A DNA stretch of 63,108 bases, the filler included, from Octopus bimaculoides (taxonomy: Eukaryota): assembly GCF_001194135.2 (NCBI RefSeq). It is 4 parts of 3 records of this genome, joined end to end, with 100 filler letters (N's around TTAATTAATTAA, not from the genome) between each part and the next. Parts side by side here need not be neighbours in the genome. Positions count along the whole stretch, not along the records: positions 1 to 14,232 come from NC_069007.1; 3 more parts are not named here. One strand, 5' to 3'. The position numbers and the translations under genes are program-made. The notes below the pieces were generated by a model. It did not search any database, was not told the origin of the DNA, and saw only the letters and a program-made list of their open reading frames with translations. Each line of letters begins with the position of its first letter. Within the stretch, counting starts at the first letter, position 1. Shown here piece by piece: positions 1-12,058 of this stretch.

Positions 1-670
1 GGTGGTGGTGGTGGCAGCTGCGTCGGTGGCAGTGGTGATGACGATGATGATGATGATGTGCTAGTGATAATGACAATGATGGTGGTGGTGGGGCCTGGAA
101 CACAATTTTAGTCTTTTTCCTGAGTCAGGGTTTTCCTCCATTAAATAGAGAAGCAATGGAAAAAATCCTGTCTTGTAAACAGACATCATTCTTGCTGACC
201 ATCCAGAAAACCTGTTTGTGACACAGCTTCAACGTATGTCTGCATATCTGTAGCCATGGCATACCATGACCCACACCTTCTAGAGGATGCTAGCAACAGA
301 TGAACTTCCTAAACAGTAGAATGCATCCCATCCACAAGAAGCAGTGAAAAGAGACTCCAGTCTGGCCAGGTGAAGATGAGGCAAGGCACAGCAACCATGT
401 GATCAGTTATGATGACAGCTATCGTAACATTTCAGAGAGAGCATCCTTTCAACCCATTTCTGTCTCGTCCTGAAATTAAATGAAGGTTCGACTCATTTGG
501 AGCCAGCTTTGTGTGATGCATCAGCAAGTGCATTTCTTCAGGTGCACTTTTACTGAAGTGACTTCAATGCAATCATTGTGGAGTCTGACACATCTTACAT
601 GTAGCATTGGTTTATTTTTGGAAAAATTATCCTTTCTATTCTTTTTCTTTTTAGCTAATGTCTTCTGTAA

Positions 671-886
671 TTACTCTTTTACTCTTGTACTTGTTTCAGT
701 CATTTGACTGCGGCCATGCTGTTGCACCGCCTTTGGTCGAGAAAATCGACCCCAGGACTTATTCTTTGTAAGCCTAGTATTTATTCTATCGATTTCTTTT
801 GCCGAACCGCTAAGTTACAGGGATGTAAACACACCAGCATCAGTTGTCAAACGATGGTGGGGGGACAAACACAGACACACAAACAA

Positions 887-925
<39 letters not shown>

Positions 926-1091
926 TACGACAGGCTTCTTTCAGTTTCCGTCTACCAAATCCACTCACAAGGCTTTGGTCGGCCCGAGGCTATAGTAGAA
1001 GACACTTGCCCAAGGTGCCACGTTGTAGGACTGAACCCGGAACCATGTGGTTGGTAAGCAAGCTACTTACCACACAACCACTCCTGCGCCT
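671..1091 (-). mobile_element. tRNA-derived SINE, family A (head AGGCGCAGGAGTGGCTGTGTGGTAAG), full length with internal (TA)n
   Basis: Co-linear reverse complement of the copy at 12146-12553; Pol III-like head with GGTTCAGTCC B-box; AAGAGT-type tail. Confidence 0.85.
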
Positions 1092-1732
1092 ATTGTCTAT
1101 ATTTTATTTTTTTTAATATTCCAATGCAGCAGATGATAATTAATTGCATTAACATGCATTGAGTGAAGGAATTTTAAAAAAATAAAAATACACAAACAAA
1201 CTATGCTGTTTGCTGTCCAACCAGCAACGAAGCTCAGTGTGAGGTACTTACCAATAAAGAATATTTACATTTCTTTCCATTTTGCTTCAGTTCAGCAATC
1301 TGTCTATTTGTACATCTAGTAATATATCTCTTTATTTACATAACTTTTGGTATATGGCCAGGCTCACCGACCTTCCAACCTACATGCCTGCCCACCTCTC
1401 TGTCTGTCTATGTAACTATTATATCTACTTCCTCTTCTGTCAATGTGTGTATCTGTTGACTTTCATAATACTCATAAGCATTTAAACCTAATAACCAGAG
1501 AAAACAAAAAAAAGAAAATGAATAACAGTGTTGCTCCAGCATGGCTTCAGGCTTTAGTCTGGACTATGTAAATGATAAAAGTGTATCATCCACAGCTATT
1601 TGCTAATTTCACTTTAATTTAACAATCTATCGATATATCTTTTAAAGAGTATATTTATAGATCTTCATGACATTGTTTCATTAAGTCAAACATTTCGATC
1701 ACGCCTGTGTTTTTAACAGACAAATGCAAAGT

Positions 1733-1816
1733 GAAGAAGAAGAAGAAGAAGAAGAAGAAGAAGAAGAAGAAGAAGAAGAAGAAGAAGAAGAAGAAGAAAA
1801 AGAAGAAGAAGAAGAA
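1733..1816 (+). repeat. (GAA)n microsatellite
   Basis: Direct reading. Confidence 0.97.
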
Positions 1817-2344
1817 GTTGGACAGTTGTTTGAAGTAGATGATTTAAAATGATGCGTGTATTTTTTTTAATTACTTAAATTAACAAATGTTTTTGCTAGT
1901 GTAATTATCTTTTACACACAAATATAGGTTTTTATTTAACTTTTTATTTTGTATTTCAAAAACTTTTACTTTGTTAAGCATAACTTTAATTAGATTTAGT
2001 GTCGAGCATAATTAATTTTTCTGTGTTGATATTGTGTGTAATTAATTTATTGTTAATAACGAGCATAGTTAACTTAGCTTAATGTTACTGAATGGATGGT
2101 GTTCTTTGTTTTTGTCTGATTCAATCTGTTATCTGTTACACAGCTCAGGAAATATTAAGGTATGGTTAGGAAAGGTCTGGCTACAGAAGTTCTAGACACC
2201 TTCACCAATCTGGGGATCCCCATTAACCTTATTGCAGAATAGCAAAGGTTTGAGTTGCATTCAACCAGTTTTGTAAATTCTGGGAAAGCAAGAAACTTTC
2301 TTTCTCTATAAACTAAAATGTGGTACTACAACATTTTTTTTCTA

Positions 2345-3130
2345 TTTATGGCCAGGTTCCAAACAGGGCCACAACAACAAAGTCCACCCACCACACTTCT
2401 CTGTCCAATATCACTGCCTTCAGGTCCTGCATATATTCCAGGCCAATGTTTGTGATCAAGGTGTTGATGTAAGTAATGATGACATTTTCCTCTCCTTACA
2501 TCATCATGAAGTGGGTTCCAAAAGACAACTTTGGATGCTGCCCACCCCCCCCCAACCGTGGTGCACACAGTGACCAGATGGTCACAGTTGTCTTTGCCAA
2601 ATGTTCTCATTAACTTTTGGCACGTCTCCATAAAGGCATTTCTTTGTCATATGTTGCTGTAGAAATACAATGACTGTACTTCAATTAATCTTGAAACTAA
2701 TGAAGTGTTTGGTAAAATAACTTATTAAGTTGGTTGCTTGGAACAGAAATAAACATGAAATTTTGATACAAGATTTTCATTTAGATCTTTTTAAAACAGG
2801 AAGCTTGTATCATAAAATCGGGCAATTTTATTATTATTATTATTATTATGGCAAAGTTCCAAACCAGGCCACAGCAACAAAACTTCCACCCACCACACTT
2901 TCCGATTCAACATCACTGCTCCAAGGTCTTGGATACATTCCAGACCAGTGTCTGTAATCAAGTTGAATTTAGTGTGATGACATTTTCCTCTTCTTACATC
3001 ACTATGAAGTGGGTTCCACAAGACTAATTTGGATGCCCCAAGTTCAGGGTGGCACACGCAGTAACCAAATAGTCGCAACTGTTTTTACCTGATCACTCCA
3101 TTCTTCTTTATGGCTGTAAAATATGGCACC
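2345..3130. repeat. Two diverged direct copies of a ~290-bp unit (about 2345-2640 and 2845-3130), origin unknown
   Basis: Co-linear blocks: TTATGGCCAGGTTCCAAAC/TTATGGCAAAGTTCCAAAC, CCACCCACCACACTT, TGATGACATTTTCCTCT, ATGAAGTGGGTTCCA. Confidence 0.85.
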
Positions 3131-3914
3131 TAGGTAGTACCGGTATTTCAAAGGGCCACCCTTGTCACTTTCTGTGTCATGCTGAATCTCCCTGAAAAGC
3201 AGAGCCAGAGAGAAGAAAGATGGTACCTGAAAACCAACCAAGAAAAGAATCTGGACGTTTTTGATTACAGGTACCTCCAGAAAATATAAGGCATCAAATG
3301 GAATGATTTTGTCAGCATTGATGAGGCCAGAAGGGCAGAGCAGACCAGTTTTCAGTGTCTGTTGCCATTTGCAAATGCTGACTGAACGGGCTGGAACATG
3401 TCATAAGCCTCCCAACAAATATACTTGCCAACCAAGTCCTGAATTAGAACCCTCAGAGGCAATGGTACAGGTAGTGTATCAAGATGATTTGGTACCAGAC
3501 AATTGACAGGAACCTGAAATTACCTCACAGACACCTCAACATACCCAGAGTAGATGAGACCTTTTAGCTCTATAGCTGCTCATCTAAGAAAAGGTAATGT
3601 CTTAGAAACCCTACCTCCTAATAATTACTGGGAAGAGTGTCAGGTAAAAACTTGTGTTGATGTGGTTGGCTAGGCCCCCTCCCCCAAAATTTCAGGCCTA
3701 ATACAAAGACTTGAAACCGAATGAGAGTGTAGGATTGGTTCAGCACAAACCATAGCCACTATGCTAATATTCATTGTACAGATTGTTCAGTAAAGCATGA
3801 TACCAGCTTCCACACTGTCACATAAGTGAGGAACGTTCTGGCCTCTGTTAACACCTTTAAACATGTCATCAGGCACATTGTGATAAAAGTTGAATTATCA
3901 TCATTGTATGTATG

Positions 3915-3954
<40 letters not shown>

Positions 3955-4218
3955 NNNNNNNNNNNNNNNNNNNNNNNNNNNNNNNNNNNNNNNNNNNNNN
4001 NNNNNNNNNNNNNNNNNNNNNNNNNNNNNNNNNNNNNNNNNNNNNNNNNNNNNNNNNNNNNNNNNNNNNNNNNNNNNNNNNNNNNNNNNNNNNNNNNNNN
4101 NNNNNNNNNNNNNNNNNNNNNNNNNNNNNNNNNNNNNNNNNNNNNNNNNNNNNNNNNNNNNNNNNNNNNNNNNNNNNNNNNNNNNNNNNNNNNNNNNNNN
4201 NNNNNNNNNNNNNNNNNN

Positions 4219-4410
4219 ATATGATGTTACCCATAGCCTAGCATGTATTGTTGGAAGTATACTTTTGCCAACATTGGTTGTTAATCTCAGGAAATATGGC
4301 CTACATACTATAATAATTCATCTTTTATCAAATCTCTTGGTGCTTATATAAAATGGTGAAATGAATACTAATTTGTGAGAGAAAAATATTCATAACCTGA
4401 AATGTATGTA
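4219..4410 (+). repeat. Unclassified dispersed repeat; related copies at about 6826-7010 and 8495-8660, inverted fragment about 3870-3915
   Basis: Shared GAAGTATACT(C/T)TTGCCA...AGGAAATA...TGAAATGAAT(A/T)CTAATTT. Confidence 0.7.
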
Positions 4411-4415
4411 AGCTG

Positions 4416-4445
<30 letters not shown>

Positions 4446-4450
<5 letters not shown>

Positions 4451-5212
4451 ACAAAATGGGACAAGAACGCAAAACATCCAGACAGTTAGATGATTACAAA
4501 AAAGGGACAACAAAACATTCAGATAGACGTTACAAAGAAAACAAGGAGGGGTCATTCGGAGTTTTCTTTCCTTACTCGAGTTCCAGATTATCTTTGCAAT
4601 TTCGGCTGGTTATAATCGATATTGCTCCAATCTGGCCAGCACCAAGGAAAAGACTAAGCTAAGAGCATTAGATTCCTTGGAAGAAAGCAGCGAATGTATA
4701 CGAAAACAAGGACAGGGAAAATATGGAGAATGTTACACAAATACAACTAACAGGACATAACAACAGGTGTCTTTTGACTAAGGACGAATTAAATTAATCT
4801 GGCGTATGTGGAAGTAAAGCCTTACGGCAGGGATACAAGATTTGACAGGCACAGGGAGGAATATCGATGTTGCATGGATGGTAGTCGAACCGAGAAAGAA
4901 AAGTCAGGCTTGGCCGAACACCGGTAGAGAAAGAGGTAGAGGGATAGAAGAAATAAGGAGGGGCGAGGAAAAATGACAGGGACACATTGAAGTGAAAAGA
5001 AGAGGGAAAGTGAGTATGAAGAGAAGGCAATGAAATGTGAGAGAGGGGGAACGAAAGAACGAAGATTGGAATGCACGAAGTAAGCGTGAAAGGGCTGATA
5101 GAAAGAAGGAAAGAATAATAGAAAGAATAGAGTCGTACAAGATTTAAATAAATATATACTTATATATAAGAGACCAAAGTGTACGTACGTCGCTCTGTAT
5201 GTGTATATATAC

Positions 5213-5250
<38 letters not shown>

Positions 5251-6368
5251 AAATAGTAAATGAGTATATGCATATATACGTACAGGTATGTGCATACCAA
5301 CATCCACCTGTATGTATAGGTGCATATCTGGGTACAAGACATTGCAAACAAAACGTAGACGAGAAAACACACAACCCACATAGAGAATATTCTNNNNNNN
5401 NNNNNNNNNNNNNNNNNNNNNNNNNNNNNNNNNNNNNNNNNNNNNNNNNNNNNNNNNNNNNNNNNNNNNNNNNNNNNNNNNNNNNNNNNNNNNNNNNNNN
5501 NNNNNNNNNNNNNNNNNNNNNNNNNNNNNNNNNNNNNNNNNNNNNNNNNNNNNNNNNNNNNNNNNNNNNNNNNNNNNNNNNNNNNNNNNNNNNNNNNNNN
5601 NNNNNNNNNNNNNNNNNNNNNNNNNNNNNNNNNNNNNNNNNNNNNNNNNNNNNNNNNNNNNNNNNNNNNNNNNNNNNNNNNNNNNNNNNNNNNNNNNNNN
5701 NNNNNNNNNNNNNNNNNNNNNNNNNNNNNNNNNNNNNNNNNNNNNNNNNNNNNNNNNNNNNNNNNNNNNNNNNNNNNNNNNNNNNNNNNNNNNNNNNNNN
5801 NNNNNNNNNNACAGAATGGGACATGAACGCAAAACATCCAGACAGTTAGGTGATACAAGAAAGGGACAACAAAACATCCAGATAGACGATACAAAGTAAA
5901 CAAGGACGGGTCATTCGGAGTTTTCTTTCCTCAGTCGAGATCCAGATTATCTTTGCAATTTCGGCTGGTTATACTCGAGATTGCTCCAATATGGCCAGCT
6001 CCCAAGAAAAACTAAGCTACGAGCATTAGATTCCTTGGAAGAAAGCAGCGAATGTATATGAAAACAAGGACGGACGTTGTATTTGTGTAACCTTCTCCGT
6101 TTTTTCCGTCTTTGTTTTCGTATACATTCGCTGCTTTCTTCCAAGGAATCTAGTGCTCTTAGCTTAGTTTTTCTTTGGGGCTGGCCAGATTGGAGCAATC
6201 TGAAGTATAACCAGCCGAAATTGCAAAGATAATCTGGAACTCGACTGAGGAAAGAAAAATACGAATGACCCGTACTTGTTTACTTTGTATCGTCTATCTG
6301 GATGTTTTGTTGTCCCTTTCTTGTATCACCTGACTGTCTGGATGTTTTGCTTTCTTGTCCCATTTCGT
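4446..6368. mobile_element. Composite repeat with a unit in direct (4452-4735, 5811-6074) and inverted (6104-6368) orientation, possibly Penelope-derived; further copy about 52820-53070
   Basis: Unit GACAGTTAG..GATACAA..GTCATTCGGAGTTTTCTTTCC..CATTAGATTCCTTGGAAGAAAGCAGCGAATG seen repeatedly; PLE origin is inferred from architecture only. Confidence 0.55.
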
Positions 6369-6380
6369 ATATATAAAGGA

Positions 6381-6697
6381 GCATTCCGTCGGTCACAACA
6401 ACGAGGGTCCCAGCTTATACGATCAACGGAACAGCTTGCTCATGAAATTAACGTGCAAGTAACTGAGCAATTCAAAGACACGTGTACCCCTAACGTAGTT
6501 CTTAAGGAGACTCAGCGTGACACAGAGCGTGACGAGGCTAGCTCTTTGAAATACAGGTGCTACTCATTTTTGCCAGCTGAGTGGACTGGAGCAACGTGAA
6601 ATAAAGTGTCTTGCTCAAGGACACAACGCATCACCGGGAATCAAACTTACAACCTTTCGATCGTGAGACGAATGCCCTAACCAACTTAGCCACGCTT
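6381..6697 (-). mobile_element. tRNA-derived SINE; core shared with 9567-9807, 3' tail shared with family C
   Basis: GTGTCTTGCTCAAGGACACAAC core; GATCAACGGAACAGC..GACACGTGTACCC tail as at 8140-8230. Confidence 0.75.
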
Positions 6698-7320
6698 AAC
6701 ATGAAACCAATGGTCAACTTAATTCACAAATAAAGAAACTATATCCACCAATGTGTCGCTGAGCACTCATTTTCATTATTCAACAGCTACGTGTATATAT
6801 AGATGTGTGTGTGTGTGTGTACTAGCATGTTACCTATCATATGGCAGGTGATGTTGAAAGTATACTTTGCCACCATTGGTTAATATTAGGAATTATGGCA
6901 TACATACAATAATGATAATTCAACTTTGATCAAATTTTTTGGTGTTTATACAAAACGATGAAATGAATACTAATTTGTGGAGGAAAAATATTTATTACCT
7001 TCAAGTGAAATTGAATAAAACAAATTTATTTGTGGATTTGATACTGAATCATCATAATCTACTCCGACAAAAACCTTTCACTGGAAAAATGTTGTTACCA
7101 AATGTGTTTTTTCGAAAAGTCATATGACAGGCTTCTTGCATCCATTATATTAACTTTCTCTGCATCGTTCTTGTACTCTCTCTCTTTCTTTCTTTCATTC
7201 TCTTTCTCTTTCGCTTTCTCTCTCTTTTTCTCACATACACACACACACACACACTCTCTCTAGTTCTCTCTTTTCCTCTTGTTATACAATGTAAAGTGCA
7301 ACTGAAGTAATCAACTAATC

Positions 7321-7586
7321 CAGGGGTTTTCAAACTTTGTGACTTGCGGACCCCTTTATATTTCAGGCTTTACCTTAGGGACACCCTTATAAACGCTTAT
7401 GAAATTTATACATAGATATTTGCTTAAAATAACATATATTTTTACATTTATTTATTTAACAGTATTTAACAAATAGGTTTATTGTCAATTAAAAGATTTC
7501 AATTAAAAAACATGTATAAAATCAAATTGCCCATAAAAAGTATTTGCTGTCCAAGGACCTTGCAGACCACAGTTTGAAAACCCCTG
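7321..7586. mobile_element. hAT (Charlie-like) MITE, 266 bp
   Basis: Perfect 16-bp TIR CAGGGGTTTTCAAACT/AGTTTGAAAACCCCTG; perfect 8-bp TSD AACTAATC (7313-7320, 7587-7594) with central TA. Confidence 0.95.
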
Positions 7587-7630
7587 AACTAATCAATATT
7601 ACATATTGCCTATTACCAAATACAAATTAA

Positions 7631-8066
7631 AGGCAGTGAATTGGCAGAATCATTAGTGAGCTGAGAAAATGCGTAGCGGCATCTTTACGTTCTGAGTTCA
7701 AATTTCACCGAGGTCATCTTTGCCTTTCCTCCTTTCGGGGTTGATAAAATAAGTACCAGTTACGTACTGGGGTCGATGTAAATGACCTAGACCCTCCCAG
7801 AAATTGTTGACCTTGTGTCAAAATTTCAAATCAATATTAGATACAGATTACAGGCAGTGAGCTTGCAGAATCATTAGGGACAGAGTATTCTTAGTGGCAT
7901 TTCCTCCATCTTTAAGTTTTGAGTTCAAATTCAGCCGAGGTCAACTTTACCTTTCATCCTTTCATGGTAGATAAAATAAGTACCAGTTAATCACTGGGAC
8001 CGAAGTAATTGACTAGTCTCCTCCCACCAAATTTCAGGCTTTATGTCTATTGTAGAAAGGATTATT
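7631..8066 (+). mobile_element. Two tandem SINEs of family B (head GGCAGTGAGCTGGCAGAATC), about 7631-7838 and 7852-8066
   Basis: Each has GAGTTCAAAT B-box, TTTGCCTTTCATCC, GATAAAATAAGTACCAG; the second ends AGAAAGGATTATT. Confidence 0.85.
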
Positions 8067-8103
8067 ACACACATATTCAGTGGTTAGTCATCATATGACG
8101 AGT

Positions 8104-8485
8104 TGTTGGCACTCCGTCGCTAACGACGTCGAGGGTACCAGTTGATCCGATCAACGGAACAGCCTGCTCGTGAAATTAACATGCAAGTGGCTGAGCACTC
8201 CACAGACACGTGTACCCTTAACGTAGTTCTCGGGGATATACAGCATGACACAGTGTGACAAGGCTGGCCCTTTGAAATACAGGTACAACAGAAGCAGGAA
8301 GAAAGAATGAGAGAAAGTTGTGGTGGAAGATTACAGCAGAGTTCGCCACCATCCCCTGCCGGAGCCTCGTGGAGCTTTTAGGTGTTTTCGCTCAATAAAC
8401 ACTCACAACGCCCAGTCTAGGAATCGAAACCGTGATCCTATGACCGCGAGTCCGCTGCCCTAACCACTGGGCCATTGCGCCTCTA
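8104..8485 (-). mobile_element. tRNA-derived SINE family C (head GTGGAGGCGCAATGGCCCAGTGGTTAGG), full length
   Basis: 12-bp TSD CATATGACGAGT at 8092-8103 and 8486-8497; A/B boxes; matches 60722-61020. Confidence 0.92.
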
Positions 8486-8896
8486 CATATGACGAGTAAC
8501 ATTGGAAGTATACTCTTGCCATCATGGGTAATGTCAGGAAATACGATATACGTACAATAATTACATTTTAACGTTTATCAAATTCCTTGCTGATACAAAA
8601 CGATGAAATGAATTCTAATTTTTAAAAGAAAAATAACTATTACTTAAAATTAGAATTAAATAAAACCAATTTCTCGTTTGTATATTTGCATAAATGTTTT
8701 TTTCTAAGTTTTATCAACATAATTGCAATTTATTCCAAAATTTCATTTTTAAAATGTGTAGTAAAATTTTCTAATGTTAACTATCTCTCTGCATCTCTCA
8801 TTTACTTTCTCTCCCTCCACAGCACTCTATCCAATGACTGAAGAAATCAAGGGATGATCCAACCAACATTTATATTAGCTATTATTAAATAGGGAG

Positions 8897-8933
<37 letters not shown>

Positions 8934-9566
8934 ATCATATATATAAATGTAATTTCTGTCTTTCTGTCTGTTACCCTCTTACTGCCTACACCAATAAACC
9001 AATCTTCATGAACCTTTGCATACATGTTAAACTAACATCCAGTTCAAATATAGGCTAATTGGATTTCAATAAAAATCTATAATGGGCCTCCTAGAGGGGT
9101 AGCTTATTATAGAATAAAATGAGAAGGGTGCAAGCGTGTTAGTCCGAAGAAAATGTAGAGGCATAGTGAGTGTGACTGATATCAGAGAAGGGGAGAACAG
9201 CGTTGTGTAAGCAACAAATATGGAGTGGCAGTGGGATGATAACGTTAATACAGCTGCCATATACACGCAACGCTGCTTGCATACTTTCGTAAATACATAG
9301 ATACATGCATGCACATATACTCACACACGCACACATGCATATAAGTAACTTTTAAAATGATGAATTCCGGCGCGTGGACGCAGACAGAACGCCTGCTGTG
9401 TTCTTTCTTGCTGGTCCCTGCTTCGTAGTCTCGGCTGCAGCTGTCTATGTCATGTCCTACACCGTTTATCGTGTTCTCAGAGCATTGAATAGCAGTTATG
9501 GTGTCGATGTTTTGATACCTGGCATGAATCACCATAATACTGATAACTCTTTCCCAATATTCAGAT

Positions 9567-9807
9567 GGTGGAGTCGCATGGATTAGTGGTTAGGGGTTTT
9601 GGACTCATGATCGTAAGAATGTGGTTTTGATTCCTGGACCGGGCAGCATGTTGTGTTCTTGAGCAAAACACTTCATTTCACATTGCTCCAGCTGGCAAAA
9701 ATGAGTAATCCTGCGACAGCGCGATGTCCTATCCAGGTGAGGAATTTATATGCCATTGAGACGGGGAAGCCGGCCCTTATGAGTCCGCATGACTCGAGAA
9801 GGTAACT
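9567..9807 (+). mobile_element. Older tRNA-derived SINE
   Basis: tRNA-like head (TTAGTGGTTAGG..TTGATTCC); 19-bp diverged TSD at 9548-9566 and 9808-9826 (3 mismatches). Confidence 0.8.
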
Positions 9808-10330
9808 TCTTTTCCGATATTCAAATGGCTTCCAGTCCTGCATATCAGCTAACTTTTTCTCAACTACAACTTTAATCTTTTTGCATTCTATTGCAAAAAG
9901 GAGACATAAAATGTCGCCATATTTAACCCGGACACCTTGTACATGCAAAGTTCAATGTCGGAGAGGAGAAAGCATAATCAAATGTTGGTGTTTTTAAGTA
10001 TGTGAGAAGCAGTAGTAAACAAGTTTAATTGGCGTTTAATATCTTTATTTAATGGCAGTCGAAGCAGGGATTCGTTTGCAGAGTGAGAAATCAATCGAGT
10101 GTTAAATATAAATTTTTAAATAAGACACGGTCTGATAATTTGCTACGCCATTTCTATTTAGAAAAACATCAAGCTAACAGCCGTTAAAATTGAATTCCAT
10201 TAAGCAGAAATAAAGATAATTTCGTTTGTGTGAAAGAGGAAACTAAATTATATTTCGTTCAATACATGGGAGAAATTGAATTAAAAAAAATATAGCAAAG
10301 GTTATTCAGTGAACATTTGTTACCAATACG

Positions 10331-10505
10331 TGCAGATGTGGCTGTGTGGTTAAGAAGCTTGTTTTGTAGGCCTGTGGTAACAGGTTCAGTCCTACTGTCC
10401 AGCACCTTGGACAAATGTCTTCTACTTTAACTCTGGGCTAACCAATAACTTGTGAGTGAATTTTGTTGACATAATGTGGAAGCTCATCGTATACATACAT
10501 ACCTA
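10331..10505 (+). mobile_element. Degenerate family A-like SINE 5' half
   Basis: GTGGCTGTGTGGTTAAG..GGTTCAGTCC..CACCTTGG..GTCTTCTAC. Confidence 0.7.
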
Positions 10506-11175
10506 CATATCCATATCTATACATTAATTATTAGATCTCCCAAGGCTCAACGTCACCTTGGAGCATACCGAGGGGCTGGTATGGGACCACCAGCGATGGA
10601 GAGCACTGGTGGACCTGATCACTTCTACGCATGATGACGTCTCTGGGTCCACTAACACGGGATGATCCCAGCCTCATCAAGCAAAAGCATGAAGTCAAGA
10701 AGCGACATATATATATACACATTAGTGTTTATTTTTTGTTAAATCAAAAAATAATTTTACAGTAAACTAGAGGATTACTCAATACTTTTGGTACTATACA
10801 AAATTATTATTCTTTAACAAGAATAGTATTACCAATAAATTCGAAGTTTCCGCCTGCCAAGCCATCATCGGACAGCATATGTGTGTGCGCGCCATTAGAA
10901 TCCATATATGGGGGCCCATGCTAGTATCTAAAGGGCTCATCCCCTAAAGTTTGAGAATTTTTTATTCACTCCTGGAAGAATACATTATTTCAGCCGGGGT
11001 GTGTTTGTAAACAGTTGAAAAGAATACTTTTAACAAAAAGAAGAATTAAATGATAGCATTGTAGTTGTGGGTGGGCTCCCATAGTCTCCTGGTCAACCAA
11101 TATCTCCAGAGCTAGTCCGCCACTGTATATGTGTATATATGTGTGTATATATATATATATGAGATAAAAATCCAA

Positions 11176-11830
11176 GGGTGTGAAAGATTTTAGAACATTT
11201 ATAAATAGAAGGTCTTACAGCTGTTTCTAGGATATTTTATATCTCCCTTCATCGGAGACGGTGTGAGATAATGGTTATGCAATAGTTATTCGAGATAAGA
11301 TATGAAATAGAGAGTGAAGTGGAGGAATGAAAATAGACGTGAGATATGCAGGGATATTGTATTTCTAGATCCATTATTTAGGCAGAATGGTATACATATA
11401 AGATCTCAATACCTTGTGAGAAAGTTCCAATAGTATTTAAAATTGGTCATTGCAAGTATAGAGTTTCTATACAGTGCTATTGAATCAAGAGTTTTATTTA
11501 AAGTGACCTAAAAGTTGGGAATGTATTTGTAAGGTCAAATCTAACGGGTCATCTCTTCTGCTGGGCCATTCTTCCAGTGTTCTCTGTGTGTGCACTCCCA
11601 GCACTCTGTGTGACAGCTTCAAGAGCTGTGTGTGCTCCGTCTCACAGCTCTGGCGCTCTGCCTCACGTGCCTGAGATGTGCTGCTTTTATAGCTAAAAAT
11701 CGGCTGAGAAACAGCTCCAAAAGCTACAATCTCAGCAGGAGGTCAGCTCTTGGTGGTGTCCCAATTGTTCAGAATTTCCTTATTCTAGCCAATCGAACAT
11801 TGGATGCAATGAATAAATATTCCTGCTACA
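11176..11830 (-). mobile_element. Probable Penelope-type pseudo-LTR remnant with TATA/CCAAT block and a degenerate hammerhead-like motif
   Basis: On the minus strand: CCAAT motifs 11761-11803, TATAAAAG 11684-11691, hammerhead-like core 11211-11262; element assignment is inference. Confidence 0.4.
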
Positions 11831-12058
11831 CACACACACATATAGTTTACTGTTCTGTTAAGGTAAGGTCATCAAAAAATTACACCATCCAGTGAGAGAT
11901 GAATATCACTTAACATACACAGTATAAAGGATACAAGCTACTGATAGTCTCATGAACTGGAGACGCTAGTCTAGACAGGCTTTTATGCCGTGCCTTGACT
12001 ACCATCACTAATTCGTGAAACAATTAGTTGCTCATATCTTCATACAGTGTACATGAGG

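Noticed and set aside
2960-3080. Mariner- or Gypsy-integrase reading of the duplicated unit
   Set aside because: Only short scattered matches needing several frameshifts; motif spacing is wrong.
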